Assembly (NCBI GenBank): GCA_951804945.1
Contig: OX638153.1
Coordinates: 26,784,001-26,848,000 of the forward strand
Direction of reading: 5' to 3'
DNA: 64,000 bases
Origin: Podarcis cretensis
Taxonomy: Eukaryota
Shown here: piece after piece, positions 48,660 through 62,573 of the stretch
Position numbering within the stretch: the stretch's first letter is position 1
Layout of the letters: every line of letters starts with the position of its first letter
Made by a program: the position numbers and the translations under genes
Notes under the pieces: model-generated
The model's database searches: none
Seen by the model: only the letters and a program-made list of their open reading frames with translations
What the model was told of the DNA's origin: nothing

Positions 48660-50297
48660 CTGCAGGAGAAAAAACACAGAAAGAGTCATCAGGTAGTTTA
48701 AAAAAGAAGTATGAGCACAAATGTTGACTAAGATGAAACCAATGAGAAAGAAGATCACATAAAATAAAAAAACAACACAACAACATTCCTATACATGTCA
48801 ACTGATAAATACCCTTGTACCTTGTGCTAAGGAAGTGGACATCAGCAGAATCCTCAGAATATCTACTCAGAAGTAAGGCACACTTTGTTCAATGGGATTT
48901 ATTCTCAAGTAAATGTAGTATATCCACTAACCTGGGAGTAAGTCTCATTGAACTTGATGGCTTAATTTTGAATAGACGCAACATAGGCTTGTGCGAATAT
49001 TCACCTTCCTAGCAGAAGGTATGACAGTAATTCTTAGAATGACCATATGCATGAAGTTCTACTATTTTACTAGCAAGACAAACATTTAGTCAAAACTTCT
49101 TTGTTGAATACAGTGTCAAAGTCCAAACTACTAGGGTTAACTGTGTCTTCATCTACTATTATGAAAATATTAGTGTATTATTCATGCACTAATTGGCTAC
49201 ATGACACCATTAGACAGCCTGCTGCAAACATCCTGTGTTTCTTTCAAAGAACAAGTCAGACATGCACAACAGAACTGCTCAGTATTATGATAGCTACTTA
49301 TTTTGTTTTTGCAAACCCATTGTTCTACTACTGAGATTTTCCAGGTCTTTAAAGCACAGAATTAAACACGAAGGGGCAGATTCACATAGTGGCTTTGGTA
49401 AAAAAAATCTAATTTTCTTTAGCAGCTGGATATCAGCAACAGGATGACACACTCCCTCTTCACCTCTCCCTTTCTCAGTGTTTACATTCTCTTTTAACAG
49501 AACCGCAGTTAGATTGCATGCAAAATAGGGAACCATGCTTTATTTTCACTTTATTAATCAGAATCTTAAACCATCTTCAAGCAGGTGTTTAAGATCCTGC
49601 TTAGTAAATTGGCATTAAAGATGCAATCTTTTACAGACACTGAATTTGATGGGACTTGAATAGATGTGTATAAGATTGCCCTGTAAATCACAGTTCCATG
49701 CTTGGGATATAATGACCTAACAATGGTTCAATTAAATAAGGATGTAAACTATTCATGGTGATTTCATCATAGTGACATGAAAATGCTACTGATGTCACTA
49801 CACATTTTAGGGAATGAGCTGGATCCAGATTAAGTTAGGTGAACTTAATTCCCATTAAAATCAATGGGGCTTAAGTAGTGATTTCAGCAGGAGCTACATT
49901 CAACTAATTGAGTCTGATGCCAAGCCACTGTCTTTTTATTGGGCTCATGCCACAAAATGCTGACAAGTCATGGAGATGCACAGTGCATGGATAAGACCAT
50001 CCTTCCTGGTTTTTTTCAAACAACAGGAGATATGCAAGCCCAACAATGGGGGATATGAGGTGCTACTAAACCTAGATTTTTCTGCCAATTTTACCATCAT
50101 CTGTCCTATATGTGGGAGACATATGAAATGTCAGATATTCTGCTGTCCTGTCCTACAGGTCCAAATACAGACAGGCACAACAAATGTAATTAATTTCCAG
50201 TGCCCTGTCCGGGGCTAGGTGTGACAGTGGGACATGTGTCCTACTTGTTTCAGTAGACAGCTCTGCAGGAGTCACTGATACAATTCACTCTTTAGAC

Positions 50298-50587
50298 CAG
50301 TGTTTTTCAAACTTAATGCCTTCTGGGAATTCTTTTTCCATTGATGTGTCTGCTGAGGAAGCCCTCAGTCATCTGCCATGAATTCCAGAGGGTTCTGGGG
50401 TATATTCAATTCAGCACACACCTAATTAATCTGTTTTCAGTTCATTGCTAACCTGTTTTTAGTTTATTCCTAATTTCATTTTATTTTTGGATGTTTTAAA
50501 AAGTTGTTTTGAACTATTATTTTAACTGATAATTTATTGCTTTGTTCCCTTCATAAACCGCTTTGAGGTTGTTGTTTTTACAATCAA

Positions 50588-50630
<43 letters not shown>

Positions 50631-50755
50631 TAAATAAGTAATATATAATTCGCTCAGGGCATGGGCAAGGCCCATTGGGCATCACCCACTATGAGCAGTG
50701 CATCCTCAAACGGAATTTCTGACAACATCTAGGAACCCAAGGTTGAAGAACACTG
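50298..50755. mobile_element. Degenerate hAT-type MITE with internal LINE-tail/(TG)n insertion
   Basis: Termini cagtgtttttcaaact / aggttgaagaacactg; flanks ctttagac / ctctactc; (TG)n at about 50592-50627. Confidence 0.45.
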
Positions 50756-51307
50756 CTCTACTCGGACCAACAAAATCCAGGATGGCACTATTCTAACATG
50801 AGCAGATTTGATTCAGCAATATTGCTGCCCTGCCACCTGCAGATTCTACAGTTTGCCCACCCTGTAAATACAACTAATGTGCCATGGTACTCTCCTGCAG
50901 TACATCAGTGGCAAATTCAACCAGTGTTTCTTGTCCTTTAAAAATGCTGCTTCTAAATATTTTGTCCAAACTCACCTGTCGATAAAACTCTACTCTTCCC
51001 CCCACACTAGTTTACACATTACTATCCATTATGTTTTTGAGCACATCATGCACAGTCTGTAAGAACACAATTAGTAGTTGATGATCATCTAAATTATTGC
51101 CAGGTAAATGACGTGAGCTACAGGACAACCGCTAAAAACTACACAAACAAACAAACAAAGAAGTGGGATGTCTACAATAAAAGGTAGAAAGGGCTGGGAA
51201 ATCAGATGCACTAAAAACCATCTAGGCACATTTCAACTGTGGAGAAAATAAATAAATAAATAAACATATATAGAAGCAAAACAAGGAGTCACAGACAGTG
51301 TCATCAC

Positions 51308-51340
51308 CTTGAATCATACTGGGGGAGTGGAGAGGAATAG
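51308..51340 (-). CDS. ANK3: ANK3 33-nt alternative exon upstream of ZU5-A (YSSPLPQYDS)
   Basis: ttttgcag|CTATTCCTCTCCACTCCCCCAGTATGATTCAAG|gtgatg; phase 2/2. Matches the known regulated 33-nt ankyrin-G exon. Confidence 0.88.
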
Positions 51341-53615
51341 CTGCAAAATAATTTAGAAAGCAAATTGGAAAAAAATTAATGTGAGATAATTAGAAGCCAG
51401 CAACAGAAAATGTCGATCATAAGCAAAGGCAAAATAATAACAAAAGCAAAGCTTTTCAGTTTGATCAGAGCAGGGAAAACGTGCGTGTTCTGTAATATAA
51501 AATATGCATTTAATTGCATTTTAAATATTTGCCAAAGAGGGCCAACACCACTTAGTATGTATAAAAGCAAGTATTATAATTAGTAATTGTGCCGGCAAAG
51601 GTAATGCACACCTTTTAAGAAAACAGGATGGTGGACGCAGCACCATTAGGATGCACGACTGAGTAACAATATGTAGGCTGCAATGGGGATAACTTGCCAC
51701 CACTTGATTGGCTACAGCAAACAGAGTCTGGTGTGACAGTGAGCAGAATCCTTTCATTGAGCATCCTCATTGCTGGCCAGTGTCACCTTCCCAGCCTGAT
51801 TAGCAGGAACACCTTGACGGGAGTTGCATAACTAGCAGGCCCACCATGGTATAAATGGATAATGTGGCTCCGTCAACCAACCTGAAGCGTAGCAGCCATA
51901 ACAGTCCCGCCTCCCCTCTTCACAATTTGGGGCTAAGCTCTTCTGGTGACACCTCAACACACCTTAAGGGGATCACACACTGGGACAGCAACATATCCAC
52001 CTCTGCTAATGCTTGCTTGGGTCGGGCTCAATTCCTCATGCAGCTGCAATTGTTAGTTGTGACAAATGTCAAAAGAATGGAGCACAAGGAAAGTTGCTGG
52101 GGGGAAGGCAAAAACCCTGCAATGTAATGCAGAGCTGAACTGGGGTGCCTAGGTAAAATCCCTTCCCAGCCACACAGCAAACGGATGCCCAGATTTGAGG
52201 GAGGGCAGGGTGGAAAGTCAGTGATAGTATTGTTGAAGCCATAAGCCAAGCCTCCAATTTATGCCCTGGGAGCAGACCAGAGAGAGAAAGTTCGCTTTCT
52301 GGCCCAGTCCCTGGCCCCTCCCCCTGGGAGCAAGTTGGTGCTGCTGATTGGCTCCTGCAGCAGAGCACTGCACTCATGCTGCTTCCAACATACTATCAGT
52401 GCTGGCTCCATGCCCGAAAGAACAGACTCGGTCTCTCTCCGCCTACCACAAACTGGGGATGTAGACAAGCAGGGACCTGGGACTTATGTTAGCAGGCATG
52501 GGGGAAAGCCACTGTTGTGCCAGAATACGGCAGCTGGTTTTCAGTTAATCAATAAAGCTGGTCTTGATCATGTGTCAGAAGCTCAACATCACATTTCCCA
52601 AATATTGTGGATATTAGAATGTAATGTAATAAAGGAGCAATTGTGTATTGATAATTTTAGACCTAACCTTTCTAATTCTTCTGTCATTACTAGAGCAGTT
52701 AGGTCTACTTTTTAAAAATAGTAAAAAATAATAATTTCAAGAGTACATATTACATGCCGGAAAGCTGAATGTTTCAAGGCATTTGCCTTTTAGTACGAAC
52801 ACTTGTGTGTTGCTACTTTACTTTTCTGTAGGTTGTGAATATCTGGGGCAGAGGGGGAATTAAGCAAAATGGCCCAAGCAGAGTGCCCATGACACATTTT
52901 TGTGAACTGGGTAAATTCAGCATGCAACAAGGAAATGGAATGGCATCTCCTAGTGGAAAGCTCACATGGGGATCTTGTAACCAACTGCTATCTCCCAGCC
53001 TACCCTCTCCTGTATGGCTGTTGGGAGGATAGAAGGGTAGGTTTTTTCTTAGCTCCTTAAAAGAAGACCAAGATAATAATGTAAATCATAATAATGATGA
53101 TGTGAATTGGTAATGATGTAAATTTGTTATTTTTATGCTTAGATTACAGCACACAATTGACCTGCGGAGTAAAGATTGGTCATATCAGATCTACATACTC
53201 AGAACTCAAGGGGGTCAAACAACCTCTAAATATTCTGCCAAGTATGCAGAGGCAAGGGAAATATTCTTTGTTCCCACCACGAAGGGAGGAGCCAAGTTGC
53301 TGCATGCCTGGGTAAAAGATGTAGTCATATATCAGTTGATTCAAGATATGTTCACCTGCACTCTGCATAAATATCCTCATTGAGTAAATCCAATGGGTTG
53401 GATTCAAATTCAGTCATGCTGAGAGTAGACCCACTGAAATCAGTAGGACATGTTAGAACAATTAGGGCCCTTCCATTAGGCAGAATGAGGCAAGTGCCTC
53501 AAGTGGAGGGTCACAAATTGGTGCCCCCCCCCAGAGGCCGGTCTCACTGCCTCCTGCCCACCTGGGAAGCTCTCCACATCATCCCCTGCTGCCTTGTTCT
53601 AGGAAGGACCATACA

Positions 53616-54266
53616 CAGTGGTACCTTGGTTCTCAAACGCCTTGGTACCCAAACGCCGAAAACCTGGAAGTAAGTGTTCCGGTTTTCAAATGTTTTTTGG
53701 AAGTCAAACATCCAATGTGGCTGTCGCCTATTGTTTCCAGTTTCGCCTGCACCAATGAGAAGCTGCGCCTTGGTTTTCAAACATTTTAGAAGTCAAACTG
53801 ACTTCCGGAATGGATTAAGTTTGGTGCTTTTGTTTTTGCTATTTATTTGCATTTTTGATTTTGAGGCTTTTTCAGTTAATTTGTTTTTGTGACTGTGTGG
53901 AACCCAGTTCAGCTATTGATTGATTGACTGTGTGCCTGTGGAAATGGATAAAAGCCCCCCATCCTAACAGTGACTATCAGTGCAGGTAAGGGGGGGAAAA
54001 TATTTTAATTTTTATCATCTACAATACTGCCTTATTTATTTTATAGTACAGTACATTGATTATTGCTTTCATTTTATGGATCATTGGTCTCATTAGATAG
54101 CAAAATTCATGTTAAATTGCTGTTTTAGGGGTTGTTTTTAAAAGCCTGGAACGGATTAATCTGTTTTGCATTACTTTCTATGGCAAAGCATGCCTTGGTT
54201 TTAGAATGCTTTGGTTGTGGAACAGACTTCCGGAACAGATAAAGTTTGAGAACCCAGGTACCACTG
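53616..54266. mobile_element. Tc1/mariner (Tigger/pogo-like) non-autonomous DNA transposon
   Basis: 23-bp TIR CAGTGGTACCT(T/G)GGTTCTCAAAC. TA at the right flank; the left flank is CA. Confidence 0.85.
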
Positions 54267-55113
54267 TATGTGTGTGTGTTTCCTGGCATTCTGGGTAGGG
54301 TGATTGTGAAAGGGCCTGCAATGGCAGCCAAATTTGCTATAGTGGCCTGTGATGTGTCTAGGTAACACAGTAGCTTCAATTTGCAGCAAGGAGATGGGTA
54401 ATTAAGACCTGTTAACAGTTTATCAAAGTTAGAAATTATGACATTATATATAAAGTCTTCCATTGTGAAGAAACAGCAATACCCCTTTCATGAATTTGCT
54501 TATTGCCACATCTCCCCCAATTCCCAATTCCTGTAATTTCCCAGAATCTACATTTTTGAGAATCTGGTGGTGTTTTAACGAATCTGCATGTTTCCTAGTT
54601 AACCCTTAAAGCTTCAAGTAGAAGGAGTCAACACCTCTTTGAAGCATCTCCCTCACTTGCAAGGGGAACATGAGCTGCAGTCATTCAAATGCAATTGCAT
54701 GCGATCTATTTTAATAGGCTACAGGGTGTGTCAGCTAAGAATTTGAATGTCACTCACAATACTGTGATCGTATTTTGAATGTATTTTGTGTTGGGGACCC
54801 TCTCCACTTCCACAAACTTAAATAAAACAGAAGTGTGTTGAGGTTTCGTAGACCAATATATTTTATGCTATTGGAATACACTGATTTAAAGTTTGTCATC
54901 TGGGGTAAAATGAAATGCTGATAATAAAAACAAAGGAAAGTTCACGAAGAAGTATGTACAATTGCTCACTTTGAGTGGTTTTTTCCCCTTCCAGCTATAG
55001 TATTATAAAACACAAATATGCTGTATTTGTATTTTTATCATTTTTTAAAAGGAAATATCCTTTGTGGGCATTTCAGAACTGATCCTTACATTATTTACAT
55101 CCTACCACTGACT

Positions 55114-55492
55114 GGGACGCAGGTGGCGCTGTGGGTTAAAGCCTCAGCGCCTAGGGCTTGCCGATCGAAAGGTCGGCGGTTCGAATCCCTGCGGCGGGGT
55201 GCGCTCCCGCTGCTCGGTCCCAGCACCTGCCAACCTAGCAGTTTGAAAGCACCTCCGGGTGCAAGTAGATAAATAGGGACCGCTTACCAGCGGGAAGGTA
55301 AACGGCGTTTCCGTGTGCGGCTCTGGCTCTGGCTCTGGCTCTGGCCAGAGCAGCGATGTCACGCTGGCCACGTCACCCGGAAGTGTCTCCGGACAGCGCT
55401 GGCCCCTGGCCTCTTAAGTGAAATGGGCGCACAACCCCAGAGTCTGTCAAGACTGGCCCGTATGGGCAGGGGTACCTTTACCTTTACCTTTT
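55114..55492 (+). mobile_element. Sauria SINE (Squam1/POM-type), full length, different subfamily
   Basis: GGGACGC head with B box ggttcgaatccc, internal (CTCTGG)n, (ACCTTT)n tail. TSD taccactga at 55103 and 55493. Confidence 0.92.
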
Positions 55493-56574
55493 TACCACTG
55501 ATGGGCTCCATGAGTTCATACTGTTCGCTTATTCTTATTTGTGCACTATAGAAATGAATTCTAGAGAAAAACAAATGCTAATATAGTACAGAACTTAAGA
55601 CTTAAACATTGCTGTGTAAGCCGCTAAAACAATGACTTGTGCCTCTCTGCTCTCTGTTTTTTGGTTTTTGTTCTACGTTCATTTTTATGTAATGTTTGTT
55701 GTTTATTATTATAACAACTACATTCTTCAATGTTTCTGACTGGAAGGGGAAATGAGACACACTGCAGTTATAATAACTAAATCTAAACATTTACAAATAA
55801 CCTTTTTAAAAGACAGAGAGAGGTTTATTAACATTTGTTAAATTTATTCATGGTTTTGATGTAATGAACTTTGCAACTCTCTGGGCGATTCAAAAGAAGT
55901 TAATTCTGAATTTAAAAGGCTTGACTGAAATCTAGATAATTCGAACATTAACTGGGCACAGTATTTCTCTGGATTGCACCCACTGTCATTCATTACAAGC
56001 ATTTATTTGCCCTGGTATTAAATGCACCTTGCTTTTCATATGTAAATGTGCCACACATATGGTTTGACCAACTGAAAACAGATTAGATGGAATCTGACAA
56101 AATAGTAAGGGCTAAGTTCTACTCTGTTTTCTTAAAGAGAACCGCTCCACAGCCTCCAAATAAATTAGAAATAACCAGCATACATTGGGTGGGACCCAAA
56201 GATGCACTGGGACTTTTCCCAAACCCCTTTCCCACAGCAAGCCCTGCAGAAGAGAACTGCAGTTCAACAAGCCAAATCAGAAATGTTAAAAGAAATGTTT
56301 TTATATTTCCGGAATGGCAAAGTAAGTAACACTATTTTTCCTATTAATTTATCCATGGTATCATAGAGTTTTTTTGCCCAAGTGCAACCCTGTAACTTTA
56401 AAACATAGCATGCATTGGTGTGGTTGGTTGTTGTTCCGATGATGCTTACACTCAAGTCCCTGGCTTTGGCGAAAACAGAAATGGAAGTTTCACCAGGGCT
56501 ATTTCCCGTCCACCCCCCAACTATTGCTTCGTTTCATACATAATGATATCAGAGAAATCCTTCAGGTAACTCAC

Positions 56575-56681
56575 CCAGAATGGATGGGGCTGGAGACAAG
56601 ATTGACATTGTCCAAGGTGTCTGCGGCCCAGCTATAGTGCCTGAGCGAATCAGAGTCAAATTCTCTTGGAAACGTCAGGTG
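56575..56681 (-). CDS. ANK3: ANK3 linker exon (HLTFPREFDSDSLRHYSWAADTLDNVNLVSSPIHSG)
   Basis: 107 nt, phase 0/2, ttgaag|CAC ... GG|gtgagt. Confidence 0.96.
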
Positions 56682-59038
56682 CTTCAAAGAGATGAAAGAG
56701 AAGAAATATTAACTCAGCAGAGAGAAAAAAGTCAAGCAATTCCTGTGGTATATCACAACTGAGAAATAAAATCGACCTTTTATTAGCACTTACAACACCC
56801 GCAATCATTCTCTCTCTCTCTCTCTCATCCACACACACCAATCACTTTAATTACTTTACAAACCTTGATTATGTAGGACATAGCAGCCTAGCTCATGGTA
56901 GTGCCCATTTTTTTTATTTGTTACAGTTATATCCTGCCTTGGTCTATCACCTTATTTTATTCTAGGTCACTTTCGGGGTTGACTGGAGATTTGAACCTGC
57001 ATCTCCCCAGTCCTAGATTGACACTCTTGACCACTATGCAACAAAATGAGCTCAGAGGGAACAGTGATTTGAAAGAACGATAAGCAAGTATGTTATCCAT
57101 GGCATCTCAATGGGGATCCCAGTAACAATCTCTGCACTAAACACAGAATACACATCGACAACTCTAGACAAACTGGGTATATTCAATATTGTGGCTGTGG
57201 TTTCAGGCCCCACCTGCGTCCCATTGAAATGGTACATGCACTTGATAAAGTGTGATCCGATCCTCGTCCCTCAAAACCAGGGGTGGAATGGAGGAGATTG
57301 TGTGCACACCACTAGGGCTATATATTTTGCCCATGGAATATTTATACCTTTCTGTTCCTTAAAGTGGCTTACTTATATCTCGCGCAGGGAAGGGCTTTGG
57401 TAATAGGGCGTCTTGAGCGAGGACAAATTTGGGGCCCCCAATAAAACATTTTTTATTCATTATTATTTTGCGCCACCTCAGCTCAGCATCCTGTGCAGGA
57501 GAACCTAAACACAGTGCTGATCTATGGCTTCCAAGCAGCCTACTGTCCATCATGTACCTTGAGACAGTGCTTGGATCACTCCCTCTATGCATGTATTTCC
57601 TATTTTACATATGTCAAATGTTGAGGGATGGGCAGACAAGCAACTAGAATTCTACTGCCCTGCACCAGACTTGATCCAGACTGGCGAAGGGGCAGGTGGC
57701 CTGCAGAGCGATAACAGAAATGGCTTTGAGCAGTCACCATAAAACAAGCAAGCAAGACAAAAGAGCAATTTTAAAAGGGCAATTTAAATGAGCTGTTTTT
57801 TCCTTCTTTGTGTCATATTGCATGCCAGCTAGAATCTATGAGCTCTTCTTGTTTACTGAGCATTCATCTAGTCCCCCCCCCCCACAAAATTTGCACAGAG
57901 GTCATACGATGTTGCTTTTTATTGAGCATTGGTAACAGAAGTTATATGATATCACCTGGCACCACCGTTATCTCACACTTTCCAGCAAGTTTTCCTTTCA
58001 TTTTCCCTACCCCATAAGTTCCATTTTGGAGAAGGGATGGGGAAGCTGACTTGTCATGCCAGAGTCCCAAATCCACTTTAACTGCATACGCTGAAATTGC
58101 TGGCAAACAATTAAATGGTACCCAAAGCATAGTGAGTTTGGAGACAGTGTAGCTTTCAGAAGGGACCGAATTACAGAGACAACTACATATTGTTTCCATA
58201 TATTCTAATGTTAAACCACCTCAAACCTCAAATAACCTCAATGTCTGTTAGTGCTCAAAAGCAGACAAACCAGCTCAAGAATCCTGAGAAACAAAGTGTC
58301 AGGGTAGCCAAAAAATACCAGTAGCCTCTCTGGCAGTAGCATAATACCCCATTCCAAACTACAGCGAAAATTAAAAATAAATTGTTTTCTGACTATATTT
58401 AAAGCATGAATAAAGATAGCCACTGTAGCCTGACTTACATGAAACCTTCTTGCGTCTATTATTAACCAGCCTCCCAGCTCACAGACTGTTTCAAAAATAA
58501 TTTTCAGGTTCCCATGTCAGGAATAATTTATCAGTTCCATCTCTATGTGCTATGCATGGGGATGAGCAGCCAAGGTGATGAAGCCAGTGGCAGATTAGGA
58601 AAGTGCTCTCTCCCTTCCTTTGCAAAGATGAATTTTCGAGATAAAAAATGAATGCGCCAAATATTCCTGCTTCTGCGTTTCTCCTGCTTTTTAGCGTTTC
58701 ACTTTTAAATAACTATTCTGTTTATCTGAAAAGAATAACAACAACCCACCTTTCAGCCCACACCAAAGGCATCTTCTAATCTTAACAATAAAATGCAATG
58801 CAATAAAATAATCAAAAGTAGTAACAGAAAGCTAAAGCCACTCCAAGGCAGGGGAACTGAAATTCAACCCAGACTAATGGCTTGGCAAAATAAAAATGTT
58901 TTCATAGCTCACCAAAAGCCATTAAAAAAGCTGTAATATATTTCCAAGGAAGGTCTTTATGAAAACAGTTTCTTCAGTCATATGCCGAAGATGGACCCAA
59001 AACTAATTTTAGTACTGTATTCTTACATTGTTGTAGGA

Positions 59039-59345
59039 AGAGCCATAGCTCAGTGTCAGAGGTTGCACACAGAAAGTCCCAGGTTCAATCCCTGACATCT
59101 CGAGGCAGGGCTGGGAAAGCCTGTCTGAAATGCTAGTGAGTCACTGCCAGCCAGTGCCAGGGTTTCCCAAACATTGGTCTCCAGCTGTTTTTGGACTACA
59201 CTTCCCATCATCCCTGACTACTGGTCCTGATGGCTAGCAAGATGGGAGTTCTAGTTGTAGACCAATGTTTGGGAAACCCTGGTAGCTAATGCTGAGCTAG
59301 ATGGACCAATGGTCTGAGTGGAGGGCAGCTTTGTATGTTCCTATC
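59039..59345 (+). mobile_element. Squam3-like SINE interrupted by a MITE
   Basis: gccatagctcagtg...cccaggttcaatccc head. The body resumes (gagctagatggaccaatggtctg...tatgttcctat) after the insert at 59158-59281. Confidence 0.8.
59158..59281. mobile_element. hAT-type MITE (124 bp) nested in SINE
   Basis: Perfect 23-bp inverted repeat cagggtttcccaaacattggtct / agaccaatgtttgggaaaccctg, with an internal ggactaca..cccatcatccc hairpin. Confidence 0.8.
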
Positions 59346-59613
59346 TAGGGCAGTTCATATTTCACATATCTTCCTATAGCATAGGGATTGTAGTTCTATT
59401 GAATTCTAGCTTGCCCAAGTGCCCTCAGTGTGTGTGTGTGTTTATCTAAAACTAAAACTAAAAAAGCACAGTGGGTGTCTGAGTCCAATTAAAGTGGATT
59501 TGAAAAATGAAAAAATGACCTTTCAGTAACTGGGTAAAATCTCTTATTAAATACCTCATTAACAACTGTGTGTTCATGCAGCAGTTTAGGTAAGAAGTGT
59601 TATGTATTCAGTA

Positions 59614-59855
59614 CAGTGGCACCTCTGGTTACGCACTTAATTCGTCCCAGAGGTCTGTTCTTAACCTGAAACTGTTCTTAGCCTGAAGCACCACTTTAGC
59701 TAACGGGGCCTCCCACTGCTGCCGTGCCACTGCCACACGATTTCTGTTCCCATCCTGAAGCAAAGTTCTTAACCCGAGGTACTATTTCTGGGTTAGTGGA
59801 GCCTGTAACCTGATGCATATGTAACCTGAAGCGTATGTAACCCAAGGTTCTACTG
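59614..59855. mobile_element. Tigger/pogo-like MITE (242 bp)
   Basis: TA on both flanks; imperfect TIR CAGTGGCACCTCTGGTTAC / CAGTAGAACCTTGGGTTAC; internal taacctgaa repeats. Confidence 0.8.
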
Positions 59856-59973
59856 TATTTTCTATTTCAAAAAATGAATAAATACTGGAGATTTTTAGCT
59901 GAAGGAGGGAAGCTTTGAGAAATCAACATGGAGGACTATTACAGACCTTCCCTGTATACCTTTAGCTGTAAAC

Positions 59974-60179
59974 TAGAGCTTTCCAAACTGCATGTCACAA
60001 CATGTTAGTGTGTCAGCTGCAGTGTGCAGTTGTGTCACGTGAAAGCTCCCCGGGCTCCTCCCGGGGCTGGAAAGGGGTTAGTTTAACCTCCGGTTTGCTA
60101 GTAAAACTGAATGGCGGTGTCGTAAAATGATGCATGTCTTAAAAGTGTGCCACCAACATGAAAATTTTGGAAAGCTCTG
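59974..60179. mobile_element. hAT MITE (206 bp)
   Basis: TIR (T/C)AGAGCTTTCCAAA; 8-bp TSD ctgtaaac / ccgtaaac. Confidence 0.85.
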
Positions 60180-62573
60180 CCGTAAACAATCCTAAATGCG
60201 TTTTCCTATTTCACATTAAACTGGAACCATTGCCAAACACATCTCTTCTTGTTGTTGTTATTATTGCTGTTGTTTTAAACTAAGGCTTATTTGTGGTTGA
60301 CCTGACCCCCATGTCAGCAGATTACAGGTAATATGATACACTTCACAAGAGGGTTAAAATTAAGATTTGCCACTCCTGCCAAAATCAGGGAAGTCAGGAA
60401 TAGCAATTCAAGCATACTGAAAGCCACTGTGGGCACACAAGCCTGCTAAGCACGACAGGAATACCAAAATATTGCTATCCAGGTCACTGCACAAGAATGC
60501 TACATTTAAACTTTTAATGAATGCCACTTCTCTTAAAGCCCTTTCATTAGGGAATTAAGGACTCTTTCATATTCCCTGTAGAAAACAGCAATCTGTAAAG
60601 ACACACCCTATTCTACAGCATGAGAATTGGATATCCAGCTGCTATATATTCTGACTGTCTGGGTGAAACTTCTTTTAATCAAAAGAATTACACTGGCATA
60701 TTCACGCAGTTGTCCGTAGAATATAGCCTGAAAAAGAATGAACACTCCAAAAATGTTTCATCTGCAGCCTCTCAAAACTAAGCAGCATGCACAGGTGTTT
60801 TGTTTTTTAAATAAAAAGACCAAACTCTGCTAACAATTTAATAGTGGGAGACAATAAGGAAGGAGAGAGAAACAAAAAGAAACCTGGAGGTTGTAAAATT
60901 TGCAGCAGAACAGTAAATGGTAGGTTTATAAAAGGAAGTAAATTGGACTTTGGGTAGGAGACCAAAATAGTTTCCCCAAACCCCATTGTTAAGAATGTTT
61001 GCAATCATTACCATCAGAGGAAGAGGAGCCCCACCCCAGACCTAACACATATGGAGACCAAGAGGACAGGTACAACTCCCAGAGATCACCATCTTAGAAG
61101 ATGTGCCACCGGGGAAGTCTGCAAAACTGGGTGACCTTTTCTGTCTGTTCACCCCCCCCCCAACATACCGAACCTCTTCCCAATCACCCCCCTGAGACAC
61201 CAGCAGCAAAAACAGTCATGAATCCAAACTAAAGCCCAGACTGTAAAATGCCTACCCAACAGCATGTGGCGTTCTATCACTGCACCCTACTCAGAAGAAG
61301 GAACCATGAACTGTTGTGTGCTCCAGATCCCAGCCACTGCTGCAGCAACATCCTTCTCAGTTCCTAATTTGGTGTGACTCTTGAGGTGGGAAGCACCCTG
61401 CATCTTTGACATACTTCCCCCCACGCACAGACTGGACTGCTCTCTGGTCTTTCAGTAATGCTTGGCACTAGGGGCTGGAAAAGGCAACTACATAATCCAA
61501 GCCAATTGGAGATCATCTGGTGAGGTGGTGACATCACAATGCTAGTTATACAATCAGGTTTTGGCAACATGCAGGTGTCACTACTACAGACTCATCTCAG
61601 ACAGAGACAGTTGTTGCCTTCTATCCTATGTTTTTGTCTCTTGTAACAAGAAAAATGTTCCAAGAAAACCAGTTTAAGAAGAACACATAACCTCAGTGGT
61701 ATATCTTGAAGAAGATAATTACCTGGATGGCCATTGTAAAGCAATTTAACACAAATAAGAAGCCTTGTCTATTATTGGACATGCCTTTCTCCCAAAGAGA
61801 AATTGGCTATTCAGTGTAAAATATTCTTATTCTATTGCATGCAAAATCCAGATAATGCCCTACTCTGATAGGTCAAACACATTTACCAATATGTCAGTCA
61901 TCCTTGCTTTGTGGTCTTTTGTGATATAAAGCAAAAGCTAACTCCAACATCCTTTAAAAATACTAACTTATCAGAGAAAGAAACACTGTTATTTATTGAA
62001 ATTCTCCCAAGCGGGCAAACAATTGCAATTATATGTAGCTTGAATAACCATTCTCGAATTTATTGCAGCCACACTGATTTTGCCCTGTAGATTTCAGCAG
62101 TATAAAAGTAGCGTTCAAACACTATTTCTCAAGTTAAATTTATCTCTAACCCTACCATATTCAATTATACCCAATATATGGTTTACAGATTTTGAAAAGA
62201 AACCATCTTCTTTTGCCAATAAACCACATACTCTGTATTAATTCAGAAAAGCTCTTGTGACTTCACATTAATTCTACATTCTTTTCTACAATTCTGAAAC
62301 ACAGGGCAATAATATCAGTATTGATGGAGAAAGTACCATTACCAGGGCTGTAAATTCCAATGGATTACTTGGTACGATTGACCGATTGATGCTTGATTCT
62401 ATGATTAAAATTTCAGCTCTGATTGACCAAAAGAATTGATAAATAAAAAACTTTCAGAACCCCACTACTGTAACATAATGTATGTTCTAACAGGAGAGGC
62501 TAAGCTGCATGGTAAAACATTTATTTATTTCTATAAAATGCTCCAAACCACAGAATCAATTAAAAAACCTCAC

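Noticed and set aside
51835-52715. GC-rich block with several 70-126-aa ORFs
   Set aside because: No recognisable protein or splice structure. It is likely an old DNA-transposon remnant whose ends I cannot define.
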